The notes: generated by a model not told the origin, from the letters alone. A stretch of DNA of 64,000 bases from Candidatus Bathyarchaeia archaeon (GCA_038727135.1 JAVYWL010000001.1:448001-512000); one strand, 5' to 3'. Counted from the first letter of the stretch, positions 19,137-29,079 are shown. Program-made: numbers and translations.

Positions 19137-20618
19137 ATGGGTGAAGAGGGCGAGGGAAGACCTCCGTCTGAAAAAGTTCCTCTTGAAAAGGTGAACGATT
19201 ATACTTGGCGTATCCCGAAATATAAACCTGGAATGCGGGTTCCAGGTATAATTTTTGCAGATAAAATGTTACTTGAGAAAATGCAGACAGACAGAACACT
19301 TGAACAGTGCGCTAATGTTGCCCACTTGCCAGGCATATACAAGTATTCTATAACTTTGCCGGATGGGCATGAGGGTTACGGTTTTCCAATTGGTGGTGTG
19401 GCGGCAACAGACCATAACGAGGGCGTAATTAGCCCGGGCGGGGTTGGCTACGACATAAACTGTGGTGTGCGCCTCCTAACAACAAACCTTTCAGAACAAG
19501 ATATTAAACCCAAACTTGTGCAGTTGACAAACGCTATTTTTGAAAACGTGCCATGCGGTCTTGGAAGTCGCAGAAAAGACTTCAAAGTGACAATTCATGA
19601 CTTGGACAGGCTTGCAATGGAAGGTGTCCAGTGGGTTATAGATCAGGGTTTGGGTTGGGACGAGGACGCGGAGCACTGCGAAGAGCATGGCTGCATGAAA
19701 AACGCCAACCCAGACAAGGTTTCGACAACTGCCAAGAACAGAGGGCTAACACAAATAGGCACGTTGGGTTCTGGAAACCACTTCTTAGAAATTCAAAAAG
19801 TTGACAAAATTTATGATGAGCGAACAGCCAAAGCCTTTGGAATAGAGCATGAGGGACAAGTAACTGTCATGATCCACTGCGGCTCCAGGGGCTTCGGACA
19901 TCAAATATGCTCAGACTATTTGCGGATCATGGAAAGGGCCGTCCACAAGTACAAGATAGTTTTGCCAGACAGAGAACTTGCATGCGCCCCCGGAAACAGC
20001 AATGAGGCTGAAGACTATTATGAGGCTATGGCATGCGCAGTAAACTATGCTTTTGCAAATAGGCAGGCAATAATGCATTGGGTCCGCCAAAGCTTCCAGC
20101 AAGTTTTCAAGGAAGACCCTGAAAAGTTCGGCCTTAAACTTGTCTATGACGTGGCACACAACATCGCAAAAATAGAAACTCATAGAGTTAATGGCGAACA
20201 GCGAAAAGTTTGGGTTCACAGAAAAGGCGCCACAAGAGCTTTTCCACCAGGACATCCAGAAATCCCAGCAGATTACAGAAGCGTCGGACAGCCGGTAATA
20301 ATACCCGGAAGCATGGGAACAAGCTCATGGGTTCTAGTCGGCACTGAAAAAGCCATGGAAATAAGCTTCGGCTCAACAGCACATGGGGCGGGCAGAATGC
20401 TAAGCCGAGCGGCCGCCAAACGAAGATTTTACGGCGGAGATGTAAAAAGGAGTCTTGAACAGCGGGGGATAGCCGTTAGAGCCGCCAGCGCAGTTGTGCT
20501 AGCCGAAGAGGCAGACCCCGCATACAAAAACGTGGACATAGTGGCAGACGTAAGCCACAAAGTCGGCATAGCCACAAAAGTCGCAAGACTCGTGCCACTA
20601 GCAGTTGTGAAAGGCTAA
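19137..20618 (+). CDS. rtcB: tRNA-splicing ligase RtcB
   Basis: PDGHEGYGFPIGG, DINCG, GNHFLE, HGAGR; no intein seen. Confidence 0.96.
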   Translation: MGEEGEGRPPSEKVPLEKVNDYTWRIPKYKPGMRVPGIIFADKMLLEKMQTDRTLEQCANVAHLPGIYKYSITLPDGHEGYGFPIGGVAATDHNEGVISPGGVGYDINCGVRLLTTNLSEQDIKPKLVQLTNAIFENVPCGLGSRRKDFKVTIHDLDRLAMEGVQWVIDQGLGWDEDAEHCEEHGCMKNANPDKVSTTAKNRGLTQIGTLGSGNHFLEIQKVDKIYDERTAKAFGIEHEGQVTVMIHCGSRGFGHQICSDYLRIMERAVHKYKIVLPDRELACAPGNSNEAEDYYEAMACAVNYAFANRQAIMHWVRQSFQQVFKEDPEKFGLKLVYDVAHNIAKIETHRVNGEQRKVWVHRKGATRAFPPGHPEIPADYRSVGQPVIIPGSMGTSSWVLVGTEKAMEISFGSTAHGAGRMLSRAAAKRRFYGGDVKRSLEQRGIAVRAASAVVLAEEADPAYKNVDIVADVSHKVGIATKVARLVPLAVVKG

Positions 20619-20635
20619 ACCCAAATTTATTGCAG

Positions 20636-20713
20636 TGGCGGGCGGGGTGGGATTTGAACCCACGATCACAAGCTTAGGAGGCTTGCGCCCTATCCTTGCT
20701 AGGCTACCCGCCC
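20636..20713 (-). tRNA. tRNA-Arg(CCT), CCA encoded
   Basis: Reverse complement folds as cloverleaf; loop CT-CCT-AA. Confidence 0.95.
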
Positions 20714-20806
20714 ACCCAAATAGAAAATAACAACAATCTCAACTTAAATGTATCTTGACACGGAAAACTTAAACATTGGAAAGCCTTTTGAGAATACTTG
20801 CCAGCG

Positions 20807-20926
20807 GCGGGGGTACCCGAGCCAGGTCTAAATAGGCTGTTAGGGGCGTAGACCAGCCTAGGATAAGGGGGAGGACTTAAGATCCTCTGGCGTAGGCCTT
20901 CGTGGGTTCAAATCCCACCCCCCGCA
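20807..20926 (+). tRNA. tRNA-Leu(TAA) with a 35-nt D-arm intron (20832-20866)
   Basis: GCGGGGG/CCCCCGC acceptor, GAGGA-CTTAAGA-TCCTC anticodon arm, long variable arm; insert folds TAGGCTG/CAGCCTA with BHB-like junction. Confidence 0.9.
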
Positions 20927-21212
20927 CTTCGATTAAAAAGCTCGGTTTTGCTGTCTTTTCCACGATACGTTTGCAAAGTGCCACATTATAGCCATTAAAT
21001 CTAATTAAGAAATTGAACAAATACCATTTTGAGGCAGTTGCAGATGTATACTTCCTTAGGTCGTGTTGGCTATCCCGTAGCTAAAATTAGACTCTTTATG
21101 TCCATTTTCTCTGCAGCCTTTTTCGGCTTCTTGCTATATTCGGCCTCAGTGTATCTCAAATGGTTTAATGTCCTTCGAGGATTTTATCTCTCCTTGGCAT
21201 TGTTGAGGTTTA

Positions 21213-21983
21213 TTGATGGGAGAGCTTGAAGCTCGAATTATAACCAACAAATTATTGAGGGAAACAGAAGTTATAGTGTGGCAAATACTTTTAATAAGCG
21301 CTGCTTTAATCGGTTTACCGCTCCTATTGGCATTAATCCTTTTTGAGGCTTCAGAGTTTTTACTTTTTGCAGCTTATCTAGTTTTGCCATTCGTCCCAGT
21401 TTATTCTGCCGCAAGCGGCTGGCGCTTTCACAGGTTTGAACAGCAAAACAAGGTTCAAGTTTTCATGTTCATTTACGGATTTAAGTTCTGGACGGAACCC
21501 ATCCTTAGCGATAGCGACAGATTATGCCATTTCATAAACGATGTGGCATCAAAGGATGCTCTAGCAATATTAAGCCAAGCAGGATACTCAAAAAAGTTAA
21601 TAGTTGCACTTCAAGAAAGGCAAGACATTGAAACGTCAACCAAGAAAGAACTGTCCAAAATTCTCCTAGTCATGAACAAATATAAACGTCAAATGTTGAC
21701 AGTATTTGCTGCGTTTTTAATCTCATGCTTTCTTCTTATAGTCTACTTTCTCGTTCTTGCGAGTACAAACATGTTTGGAATAGTGGAAATTGTAAACCAT
21801 AACGTAGTCTCGGGACAGGCTGCCAGCTTGATACTGTTATGTGTTCCAACATTCTCAGTGTTAGGCGGTGTCTTTATAGCAGCATGGCGTTTGAGAAAGC
21901 GGTATCGAAAGGTAATTTTAAGGATTTTGGAAAACTTAAACCTTGATAAGCTGTCTTCCATTTTATCGTACGACGAAATGTAG
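21213..21983 (+). CDS. Hypothetical membrane protein (about 4 TM)
   Basis: 256-aa ORF with GAGGT SD; no family recognised. Confidence 0.6.
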   Translation: MMGELEARIITNKLLRETEVIVWQILLISAALIGLPLLLALILFEASEFLLFAAYLVLPFVPVYSAASGWRFHRFEQQNKVQVFMFIYGFKFWTEPILSDSDRLCHFINDVASKDALAILSQAGYSKKLIVALQERQDIETSTKKELSKILLVMNKYKRQMLTVFAAFLISCFLLIVYFLVLASTNMFGIVEIVNHNVVSGQAASLILLCVPTFSVLGGVFIAAWRLRKRYRKVILRILENLNLDKLSSILSYDEM

Positions 21984-22009
21984 GTAATTGACGGGCTTAC
22001 TCTTTCTAA

Positions 22010-22591
22010 TTAAAACGGGTACCCTATGGTCTGAGCTAAAACTATTATTTGTTTTGGATTTAAGCCGACGGCTTTGCTGAAGGCTTCCTTGTCTATTAAT
22101 GCTCTAACAACGGTATTTATCCCTTCGGAGGCGCAGTACATGTAAACGTTTTGGGCTTTATGTCCAGCCTCCACATAAACCCACTTCAGTTTTTCTTCTT
22201 CTGAGGCTGGTCTTGGGAGGTTTTCCAGCTTTGCCATATCAGCAATATAGATTAGGTTTAATGGAGCATTGTACACGTATTCTTGTTTTCCAACAAGCCT
22301 TCTATAGTCGCCTTCAGCAACTGGCAGAAGTTGATGCCTAGTCGGGTCATATCGGTAGACGCCTTCAGGAAGCACCGCGTAAACATCTACGGGATGCTTG
22401 TCCATAGCCGAGGGTGCTGTTCGTTTGCCATCCTCCCGGTTTATGCCGTTAGCAGCCCAAAGAATCTCCGACAAGTGTTGAAGACTAAGCCTCTTATCTG
22501 AAAAGTTCCTTTCAGAACGCCTATTTTTTAGGGCTTGCATCACAGGAATTCCTTTGTCAAATCTTGGCGGGTTAAGTTTTATCGGTTCCAT
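22010..22591 (-). CDS. Nitroreductase, SagB/ThcOx family
   Basis: RRSERNF, ILWAANG, RTAPSA, EAGHKAQN. Confidence 0.9.
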   Translation of the reverse strand: MEPIKLNPPRFDKGIPVMQALKNRRSERNFSDKRLSLQHLSEILWAANGINREDGKRTAPSAMDKHPVDVYAVLPEGVYRYDPTRHQLLPVAEGDYRRLVGKQEYVYNAPLNLIYIADMAKLENLPRPASEEEKLKWVYVEAGHKAQNVYMYCASEGINTVVRALIDKEAFSKAVGLNPKQIIVLAQTIGYPF

Positions 22592-22709
22592 GAAAAAGAG
22601 GTATCAGAATCCCCTATGAATTTAATTTTTCTCTGGCCGGCATTTCAGATTAAATATCGGATAAGCCTATAATCTACTAGATAGACCGCCAGTGACAGTG
22701 CCGTTAAAA

Positions 22710-23024
22710 ATGGATGACGCGACAAAGCGCATAGCCCAACAGCGAATTCAAACCCTTTTCCGTTTGGCTAGAGAAACCTATCAGGACGACCCGCTTTTGG
22801 CTCAGCGTTATGTGGATATAGCCCGCCGTGTGGCTATGGCAGCCAAAATTCGCCTCCCAGAAGAATACAGGCGCATGGTTTGCCGCCACTGCAAAGGTTT
22901 TATCTTGCCCGGTGTTAGCTGTCGTGTCCGCATAAAACAACGACGAGAACCCCATGTGGTCATCACGTGCCTAAAGTGCGGAAAACATATGCGTATACCC
23001 CTTAAAAGGAAGAGGAAAGAATGA
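22710..23024 (+). CDS. rnp4: Ribonuclease P protein component 4 (Rpp21)
   Basis: IA..RI..LF, CRHC..CLKC, R.P. Confidence 0.93.
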   Translation: MDDATKRIAQQRIQTLFRLARETYQDDPLLAQRYVDIARRVAMAAKIRLPEEYRRMVCRHCKGFILPGVSCRVRIKQRREPHVVITCLKCGKHMRIPLKRKRKE

Positions 23025-23314
23025 GCAAACTTACCAGTAAAATGAAACGCCGCATTAAAAGCGGGTTTGGAGAAGAAAAACCCACCATCTGGATTGGTAA
23101 AAAGCAAATCTCCAACGAGTTGATTAAAGAGGTCGAAAAGCAGCTTGAGAAAAGGAAAATAGTCAAAGTCAAAATTTTGAAAAGTGCCCTACAAGAGGCA
23201 AGAGCTAGCGAAATAGCCTCAGCGATTTCCAAGCAGACAGAAGCCGACTTGGTGGAGGTTAGAGGACACACCTTCATCCTTTACAAACGTAGAAGAAAAG
23301 CTCCAAAAGAGTGA
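23021..23314 (+). CDS. YhbY/CRM-domain RNA-binding protein
   Basis: IWIGK, VKVKILK, RGHTFILY. Confidence 0.9.
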   Translation: MSKLTSKMKRRIKSGFGEEKPTIWIGKKQISNELIKEVEKQLEKRKIVKVKILKSALQEARASEIASAISKQTEADLVEVRGHTFILYKRRRKAPKE

Positions 23315-23371
23315 AAGCCTTTATATCGGGCTTGGTGAATTACTGAAGGAAAACAACGGAGAAAATGAGAA

Positions 23372-23839
23372 TTGCCAACTCCAAACGATGTGCCAGCACC
23401 AGAATTCATCCAAAAACTAGCCAACTATCTAAAGGAAAACGTCGATGAGGTGACGCCTCCAGCATGGGCAAGCATAGTTAAAACTGGTGCCCATACGCAG
23501 AGACCGCCTGACAACCCTGATTGGTGGTATGTACGATGCGCCTCGCTGTTACGGAAAATATACATTCATGGGCCGATAGGAATAGAGAGACTTCGCGCAG
23601 AGTATGGCGGCAGAAAAGACTTCGGCGTTAGACCAGAACACGCCGTCAAGGCGGGCGGAGCAATAATAAGAAAGGCCTTGCAACAGCTTGAGAACGCTGG
23701 GCTTGTTGAAAAGTTTCAGAACAAGGGAAGACGAATAACGAAGGAAGGGAGAAAACTTCTAGAGGAAATAGCTGAAGAAGTGAAGAAGGATTTGCTGAAG
23801 GAAATGCCGGAGCTGGAGAAATACCAGAAGAGTGAGTAA
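23372..23839 (+). CDS. rps19e: 30S ribosomal protein S19e
   Basis: [25 protein letters not shown]. Confidence 0.96.
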   Translation: MPTPNDVPAPEFIQKLANYLKENVDEVTPPAWASIVKTGAHTQRPPDNPDWWYVRCASLLRKIYIHGPIGIERLRAEYGGRKDFGVRPEHAVKAGGAIIRKALQQLENAGLVEKFQNKGRRITKEGRKLLEEIAEEVKKDLLKEMPELEKYQKSE

Positions 23840-23841
23840 GA

Positions 23842-24171
23842 ATGTCGGAGGAAGAGCTTGAAGAACTTCGTCAGAAAAAACTTTTGGCGCTCCAGCGAAG
23901 GATAGCCGAAGAACAGCGAAGAGCTCAGATGGAACAGCAGCTTGAAATGCAAAAACAAGCTATATTAAAGAGCATTCTTACGCCGGAAGCGAGACAAAGG
24001 TTAGCAAACCTGAAACTTGTTAAGCCAGAGTTTACAGCGCAGCTGGAACTTCAGCTAATCCAGCTAGCCCAAATGGGAAAACTGCCAATACCCCTAACCG
24101 ACGAGCAGCTCAAGCAAATACTGATTCAGCTGCAGGCCCAAAAGCGTGAAATAAAGATAAGGAGGGTTTAG
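23842..24171 (+). CDS. PDCD5-like DNA-binding protein
   Basis: [17 protein letters not shown]; conserved position after S19e. Confidence 0.92.
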   Translation: MSEEELEELRQKKLLALQRRIAEEQRRAQMEQQLEMQKQAILKSILTPEARQRLANLKLVKPEFTAQLELQLIQLAQMGKLPIPLTDEQLKQILIQLQAQKREIKIRRV

Positions 24172-24172
24172 T

Positions 24173-24328
24173 ATGGCTAGATTCAAGCCCCCAGCCAAAA
24201 AGAGGAGACTGGCAAAAGCTGGAAAACAGAAAAGGGCTGTTCCAACATGGGTTATAGCAAAGACCGCTGGAAAATTTAGAACTCATCCAAAAAGAAGACA
24301 TTGGAGAACCCGCAAAATAAAAGCCTAA
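24173..24328 (+). CDS. rpl39e: 50S ribosomal protein L39e (not in ORF track)
   Basis: Read by hand: [51 protein letters not shown]. Confidence 0.95.
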   Translation: MARFKPPAKKRRLAKAGKQKRAVPTWVIAKTAGKFRTHPKRRHWRTRKIKA

Positions 24329-24331
24329 AAG

Positions 24332-24865
24332 GTGAAAGGCATGAAGACAGAAAAAGCTGAAGAAAAGGCAAGCGAGGAAGTTAGGGAAGAAGCCAGCAAA
24401 GGAGAAACCAAACAGAAAGAAGAGAGAATAGTCGAAGAGGCGAAAGAGGAGACTGCAGAGAAACCTTTAGAGGAAGAATTAGAGAAGGGTGAAGCTGAAA
24501 AACCGTTAGAAGAGGAAGCAGCCGAAGAAGAGGTTAAGCCTCCAAGAGAGGAAATTGAAGAAGAAATCGTTGAAGAAAGATTTTACACAATACCGCTTGG
24601 TAAGGCTTGGCTTGTGCCCCCGAACAAGAGGGCGCCAAAAGCCATTAGGATAATACGGGATTTTATTAAGAGGCATATGAAGCTTGAAGCAAAAAGAGAG
24701 GGTGAGGAAGAGGAGGAAGCCGAGCCTAAAAAGCTCATAATAAGTAATGAGGTAAATGAAAAAGTTTGGAGCAGGGGCATAGAAAAGCCTCCACGGAAAA
24801 TACGTGTAAGAGCTGCCAGAGATAAGGATGGAAACGTTACTGTTTATTTGGCTGAAGGAGACTGA
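24332..24865 (+). CDS. rpl31e: 50S ribosomal protein L31e with long acidic N-terminal extension
   Basis: YTIPL, RAPKAI, VNEKVWSRG..KPPRKIRV. Confidence 0.92.
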   Translation: MKGMKTEKAEEKASEEVREEASKGETKQKEERIVEEAKEETAEKPLEEELEKGEAEKPLEEEAAEEEVKPPREEIEEEIVEERFYTIPLGKAWLVPPNKRAPKAIRIIRDFIKRHMKLEAKREGEEEEEAEPKKLIISNEVNEKVWSRGIEKPPRKIRVRAARDKDGNVTVYLAEGD

Positions 24866-24867
24866 GC

Positions 24868-25548
24868 TTGGCAATTTACCTAGCAAGCCTTTTCGGAAGT
24901 GCAAGTATAGGAGTATACTCACTTGCTACTGAGAAGATGCTCATAATTCCCAAGTTTGTTCCTCTCAAAAAAGCTGAAAGAATTGGAAATTGGCTCAAAG
25001 TCAAACTTGTGCACACAACCATAGGTGGCTCAATACTGGTCGGCGCCTTAGCCTGCGCTAACTCAAACGGAATTCTCTTACCCCATTTTGTAAGGGACGA
25101 TGAAATCGAAGCAATAAAAGCCGCATTCGACGGAAACATAACGGTTATGGAAACCAAAAAGACGGCTTACGGAAACATGGTTTTAGCAAACGATTACGGT
25201 GCAATTGTAGACCCAAGGCTAAAAACTTCCGAAATTAGAAAAATCGCCGACACCCTTGGTGTAGAGGCTGTTCCGGGAGAAATAGCCCAACTTCCATATG
25301 TTGGTTCTTTGGCAGTTGCAACTAATAAAGGTGTATTGGCGCATCCTATGCTGAAGGAAGAAGAGCGCAAACTTTTGGAAGATGTTCTCAAAGTGCCAGT
25401 GGATGTTGGCACCGTTAACTGCGGCATACCATATGTGGGAACCGGTCTTATAGGCAATAGCCACGCTGCTGTTGCTGGTTCTTTGACGACTGGTCCAGAA
25501 ATGTTTATAATTGGACATGCCTTGGGTGTAGTAAAGGAAGATGAGTGA
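24868..25548 (+). CDS. eif6: Translation initiation factor 6 (aIF6)
   Basis: GN..LANDYGA, GTVNCG, TTGPE. Confidence 0.95.
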   Translation: MAIYLASLFGSASIGVYSLATEKMLIIPKFVPLKKAERIGNWLKVKLVHTTIGGSILVGALACANSNGILLPHFVRDDEIEAIKAAFDGNITVMETKKTAYGNMVLANDYGAIVDPRLKTSEIRKIADTLGVEAVPGEIAQLPYVGSLAVATNKGVLAHPMLKEEERKLLEDVLKVPVDVGTVNCGIPYVGTGLIGNSHAAVAGSLTTGPEMFIIGHALGVVKEDE

Positions 25549-25780
25549 AGTGAAAGTTTTCAGAGTTACAGGCGAAATCAGAAAGCCAAATCTGAAAACC
25601 CACTTCAGAAAAGAGGTCATAGCAACCAAGCCAGAACACGCCATAGAAAAAGTCTATACCGAGTTGGGCAGCAAACACCGCGTTAAACGCTTCCACATAA
25701 AAATAACCAACGTTGACGAAATCTCACCACAAGAGATTGAGGACCCCTTGATAAGGAAAATGGTTGCAGGGGAAGTATAA
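25541..25780 (+). CDS. rpl18a: 50S ribosomal protein L18Ae/LX
   Basis: EKVYTELGSKHRVKR..IKI. Confidence 0.93.
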   Translation: MSEVKVFRVTGEIRKPNLKTHFRKEVIATKPEHAIEKVYTELGSKHRVKRFHIKITNVDEISPQEIEDPLIRKMVAGEV

Positions 25781-25781
25781 G

Positions 25782-26228
25782 TTGGCAGCAAAGGCTGAAG
25801 AAGAACTCAGAAGATTAAGTGTTGAAATGCGGATTTTAGAGCAGACAGCAGAAGCCTTGCAATCACGAATAAGCATGATAAACGCCGTAATAACGGATCT
25901 AACCTATGCAAACATGACGTTGGAAGGCTTGGAAAAACAGAAAGAAAACGCGGAACTTCTAGTACCAATAGGGGGGAACTCCTACATAAGGGCGAGGCTC
26001 GAAACCCCGGACAAGGTAACTGTTGGAATTGGAGCCGGTGTCTCAGTTGAGAAAACCTTGCAGGAGGCGAAAGAGATAATTAGGAAAAGGCTTGAAGACT
26101 TGGAAAAGAGTAGGGCTTCTCTCCAGCAGCAATTTTCACAGGTTATTGATCGAATTAACGAAGATAGGGAACGCTTTGAGGAGTTGGCAGCCCAATTAAG
26201 GAAGGAGACCCCCTCAAGGAATGTTTGA
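25782..26228 (+). CDS. pfdA: Prefoldin subunit alpha
   Basis: Coiled coils flanking LLVPIGG and VGIGAGVSVEK. Confidence 0.94.
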   Translation: MAAKAEEELRRLSVEMRILEQTAEALQSRISMINAVITDLTYANMTLEGLEKQKENAELLVPIGGNSYIRARLETPDKVTVGIGAGVSVEKTLQEAKEIIRKRLEDLEKSRASLQQQFSQVIDRINEDRERFEELAAQLRKETPSRNV

Positions 26229-27126
26229 GAAGCTTAAGTCCGGTTTAAGCAGCCTAATAAACAAGATTACGACAACAGAGCTTAAACCCGAAAACCTCCG
26301 CCCAATACTTTCTGAGTTTAAGCTAAACCTAATAGAAAATGACGTTGCGGTGCCTGTGGCAGAACGCATATGCGAGGAAATGGAAAGACGCCTAAATGGT
26401 GTTCAAGTAAAAAGGCTCGAAGACAAAAAGAAGATTGTGGAACAGCACCTCCGCGAAGTACTCTTGGAAGTCATGCTTACAAACAGCAAAATAGACCTTT
26501 TTAAGGCTATTGAAGAAAAAAGAAAGAAAAAAGAACCTTTTGTTATTGTTTTTGTTGGAATAAATGGCACCGGGAAAACGACGACTATAGCTAAAGTTGC
26601 TAAACTCTTGAACAATAGGGGTTATACTGTTGTGCTTGCGTGCAGCGACACATACAGGGCGGGTTCAATTGAGCAGTTAGAAACCCATGCCAAGCGTTTG
26701 GGCATACGAATGATAAAGCACAAGTACGGCGCAGATCCAGCAGCTGTAGCCTACGACGCAATAAACCACGCAAAGGCTCATGGAATCCACGCTGTTTTGA
26801 TAGATACCGCTGGTCGAATGCAAACAAACCGAAACTTGATGATCGAGCTGGCGAAAATTAAGCGGGTTGTAAATCCCGACCTAACCATTTTGACGGTTGA
26901 CTCCCTAACTGGCAATGATGCAGTAATGCAGGCTGAAGAGTTCCACAAGAGTGTTGGCATAGACGCAACAATACTAACAAAAGTGGACGCCGACATCAAA
27001 GGCGGCTCAGCCCTAAGCGTGACCTATGTCACACAAAAACCCATCTTGTTCGTTGGAACCGGGCAAAAGTATGATGATTTAGAGGAGTTTCAGCCAGAAA
27101 AATTTGTGGACATGATACTGAAATAA
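26221..27126 (+). CDS. ftsY: SRP receptor FtsY (NG domain only)
   Basis: GINGTGKTT, DTYRAG, DTAGR, TKVD, GTGQ. Confidence 0.96.
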   Translation: MFEKLKSGLSSLINKITTTELKPENLRPILSEFKLNLIENDVAVPVAERICEEMERRLNGVQVKRLEDKKKIVEQHLREVLLEVMLTNSKIDLFKAIEEKRKKKEPFVIVFVGINGTGKTTTIAKVAKLLNNRGYTVVLACSDTYRAGSIEQLETHAKRLGIRMIKHKYGADPAAVAYDAINHAKAHGIHAVLIDTAGRMQTNRNLMIELAKIKRVVNPDLTILTVDSLTGNDAVMQAEEFHKSVGIDATILTKVDADIKGGSALSVTYVTQKPILFVGTGQKYDDLEEFQPEKFVDMILK

Positions 27127-27133
27127 GCGGTTA

Positions 27134-27652
27134 TTATTTTTGCTTATGTTTATTCACCGTGAAGCGTAACCGCTTAAAAATCTCTTCAAAGCCCAACTTC
27201 TTAAACAGCTTTAAAGATGGAATATTATTAGAGTAAACGTCGGCTTCTACACATTCTGCGCCTTTATCTATGAACCATTCAAGCATAGCCTTTACAAGCG
27301 CCTTGCCGATGCCACGTCTTCTATAGGATTTTTCAACAAAACAGTCGCATATGTAGCCTCTCTTGCCCTTATAAGCCCAAGGCTGGCTAACCCAGCCGAG
27401 GGAGTAGCCAACTATTTTTCCTTCAACTTCGGCGACAAAAACCACCGTGTTTTCGCCTTTTATGTTCTTAAGAATCCAGCTTGGGCTTTGGAACCCGCTG
27501 GGCATGGGTGAAATCATAGAATCCATGGCGCTTTCATCTCTTCCAAGCTTCTTCGAAAGTCTAACAATCTCCTGCAAATCCTCTTCATTAGCGTGTCGAA
27601 TTTTCACATCTACAAGAGCCCCGCTTGACGACTTTGCTTTATTCGATGGCAT
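27134..27652 (-). CDS. GNAT family N-acetyltransferase
   Basis: V..SYRRRGIGKAL, N.PSLKLFKKLGF. Confidence 0.88.
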   Translation of the reverse strand: MPSNKAKSSSGALVDVKIRHANEEDLQEIVRLSKKLGRDESAMDSMISPMPSGFQSPSWILKNIKGENTVVFVAEVEGKIVGYSLGWVSQPWAYKGKRGYICDCFVEKSYRRRGIGKALVKAMLEWFIDKGAECVEADVYSNNIPSLKLFKKLGFEEIFKRLRFTVNKHKQK

Positions 27653-27674
27653 ATAACCACTTCCAAAATCTAGC

Positions 27675-28751
27675 CTACCGCAGCGTCTCGTTGACAACAT
27701 TTAATTTTTTGAGAACCTTGTGGCGTAATTGCGGATGAGTCAAATCCTCATCAAGGTCGATAAACTTAATCCTTAACTTTTTGTCCGCTCCTACTGGCAG
27801 ATTTGCCATGCCAAGCACTTCAAATCGGAACAAGGCGGATTTATACCAGTTGATTCCCGGATTTTTGTCCACTTTAAACCCTAAATTGTAAGCAAATTCT
27901 TCGTAGTTGGCAGTGCCATAATCCATCGGATACACGGAAAAGCCTTGAATAATGTCTGTAATCACACAGTTCATTTTGGCGAGCAATCTCTGAACAGCCA
28001 ACCACTTTTTCAGCGAAGCCTCGTAATTGGTCAAGCCAAAGTAGCCAACACCATTTTCCTTGAGGCAGGCTACACCCCTCATTATGAAAGCCCTTAAGCC
28101 AGAAGTTGTTTCGAGGGGCTCCGAAGAGAATACATCGAACTTTCCTCGAAGTTCTTTTGGCAAGGGTTCAGCCACGTTGTACTCCATGAATTCTATGTTA
28201 AAGCCGTGATCCTTATTGACTTCTTGTAAGAAATCGCCTAACCGCTTGTCAATGTCCAAAACGGTTATGCGGGAAGGCAAACCAGTTAAAGCTAAGGCAA
28301 CGCTCAATAGGTCGTCATCGCCTATCAAAACAATTTCCTTCCCATTCAAGTCCCCATAGTAGTGCATTAAGGCAACCCGCGCAACCACATCTTGCTCAAG
28401 CATGTAACCCTGGAAAAAGTCCAAAGACGGATTCGGTCTTTTTTCAGCAATCTTCTTGAACTTTTCAAGAACCTCTTTGAACCTTGCTTCGGGAATTATC
28501 CGTTTGCCAAGACATGAAGGGCAGATTTTTCCCTCAAAATCTAGACTCTTCGGGTTAATTTTTGCCTTGCCCTTCTCAGTTATGTAGAAGCCGTCCACAT
28601 TGGCGGTTATAAGCCCTTCACTGTTAAGCCTCTTAAGTGTGATCACAAAGTCTCTTAGTGAACAGTTCATTTTGTCAATAAGCTCCCAGAAGGTTCTCCT
28701 CGAAACTGCAAGTTCATGCAGTATTTTTGCTTCTAGTTTCTCCAACAACAT
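27675..28751 (-). CDS. bpsA: N4-bis(aminopropyl)spermidine synthase (branched-chain polyamine synthase)
   Basis: CxxC, FFQGY, IGDDDLLS, LDIDKRL, PLET; AGGAGG SD before ATG 28751. Confidence 0.87.
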   Translation of the reverse strand: MLLEKLEAKILHELAVSRRTFWELIDKMNCSLRDFVITLKRLNSEGLITANVDGFYITEKGKAKINPKSLDFEGKICPSCLGKRIIPEARFKEVLEKFKKIAEKRPNPSLDFFQGYMLEQDVVARVALMHYYGDLNGKEIVLIGDDDLLSVALALTGLPSRITVLDIDKRLGDFLQEVNKDHGFNIEFMEYNVAEPLPKELRGKFDVFSSEPLETTSGLRAFIMRGVACLKENGVGYFGLTNYEASLKKWLAVQRLLAKMNCVITDIIQGFSVYPMDYGTANYEEFAYNLGFKVDKNPGINWYKSALFRFEVLGMANLPVGADKKLRIKFIDLDEDLTHPQLRHKVLKKLNVVNETLR

Positions 28752-29079
28752 CCCTCCTAATAACGCGTTTCTCAACGCTTGTAGGCTGAAACGCCTCCAA
28801 CAGCAATTCAAAAGCCCTCAAGGCTGGACCATCATCCCCGCATGTGAAGATGTCCAAAGCCATATAACCATACTCAGGCCATGTGTGAACGCTCAAATGC
28901 GACTCGCTTAAGAGGTAAATGGCAGAAACCCCATGAGGCTCAAACTGATGAAAACTCGAAGAGACAACATGCAAACCAGATTTAGCAACTACCCTATCCA
29001 AAACCACCCGAAGATCTTCCACTCTTGAAATCTTCCGGGGATCCACACCCCGAAATTCGGCGATAATGTGGATGCCCAT
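28714..29079 (-). CDS. speD: Pyruvoyl-dependent S-adenosylmethionine decarboxylase proenzyme
   Basis: HQFEPHGVS, LSESHLSVHTWPE self-cleavage motif, DIFTCG. Confidence 0.9.
   Translation of the reverse strand: MGIHIIAEFRGVDPRKISRVEDLRVVLDRVVAKSGLHVVSSSFHQFEPHGVSAIYLLSESHLSVHTWPEYGYMALDIFTCGDDGPALRAFELLLEAFQPTSVEKRVIRRDVVGETRSKNTA

Noticed and set aside
21029-21229. 66-aa ORF as a frameshifted 5' part of the 21213 gene
   Set aside because: The downstream gene has its own GAGGT SD and start; no evidence the short ORF is real
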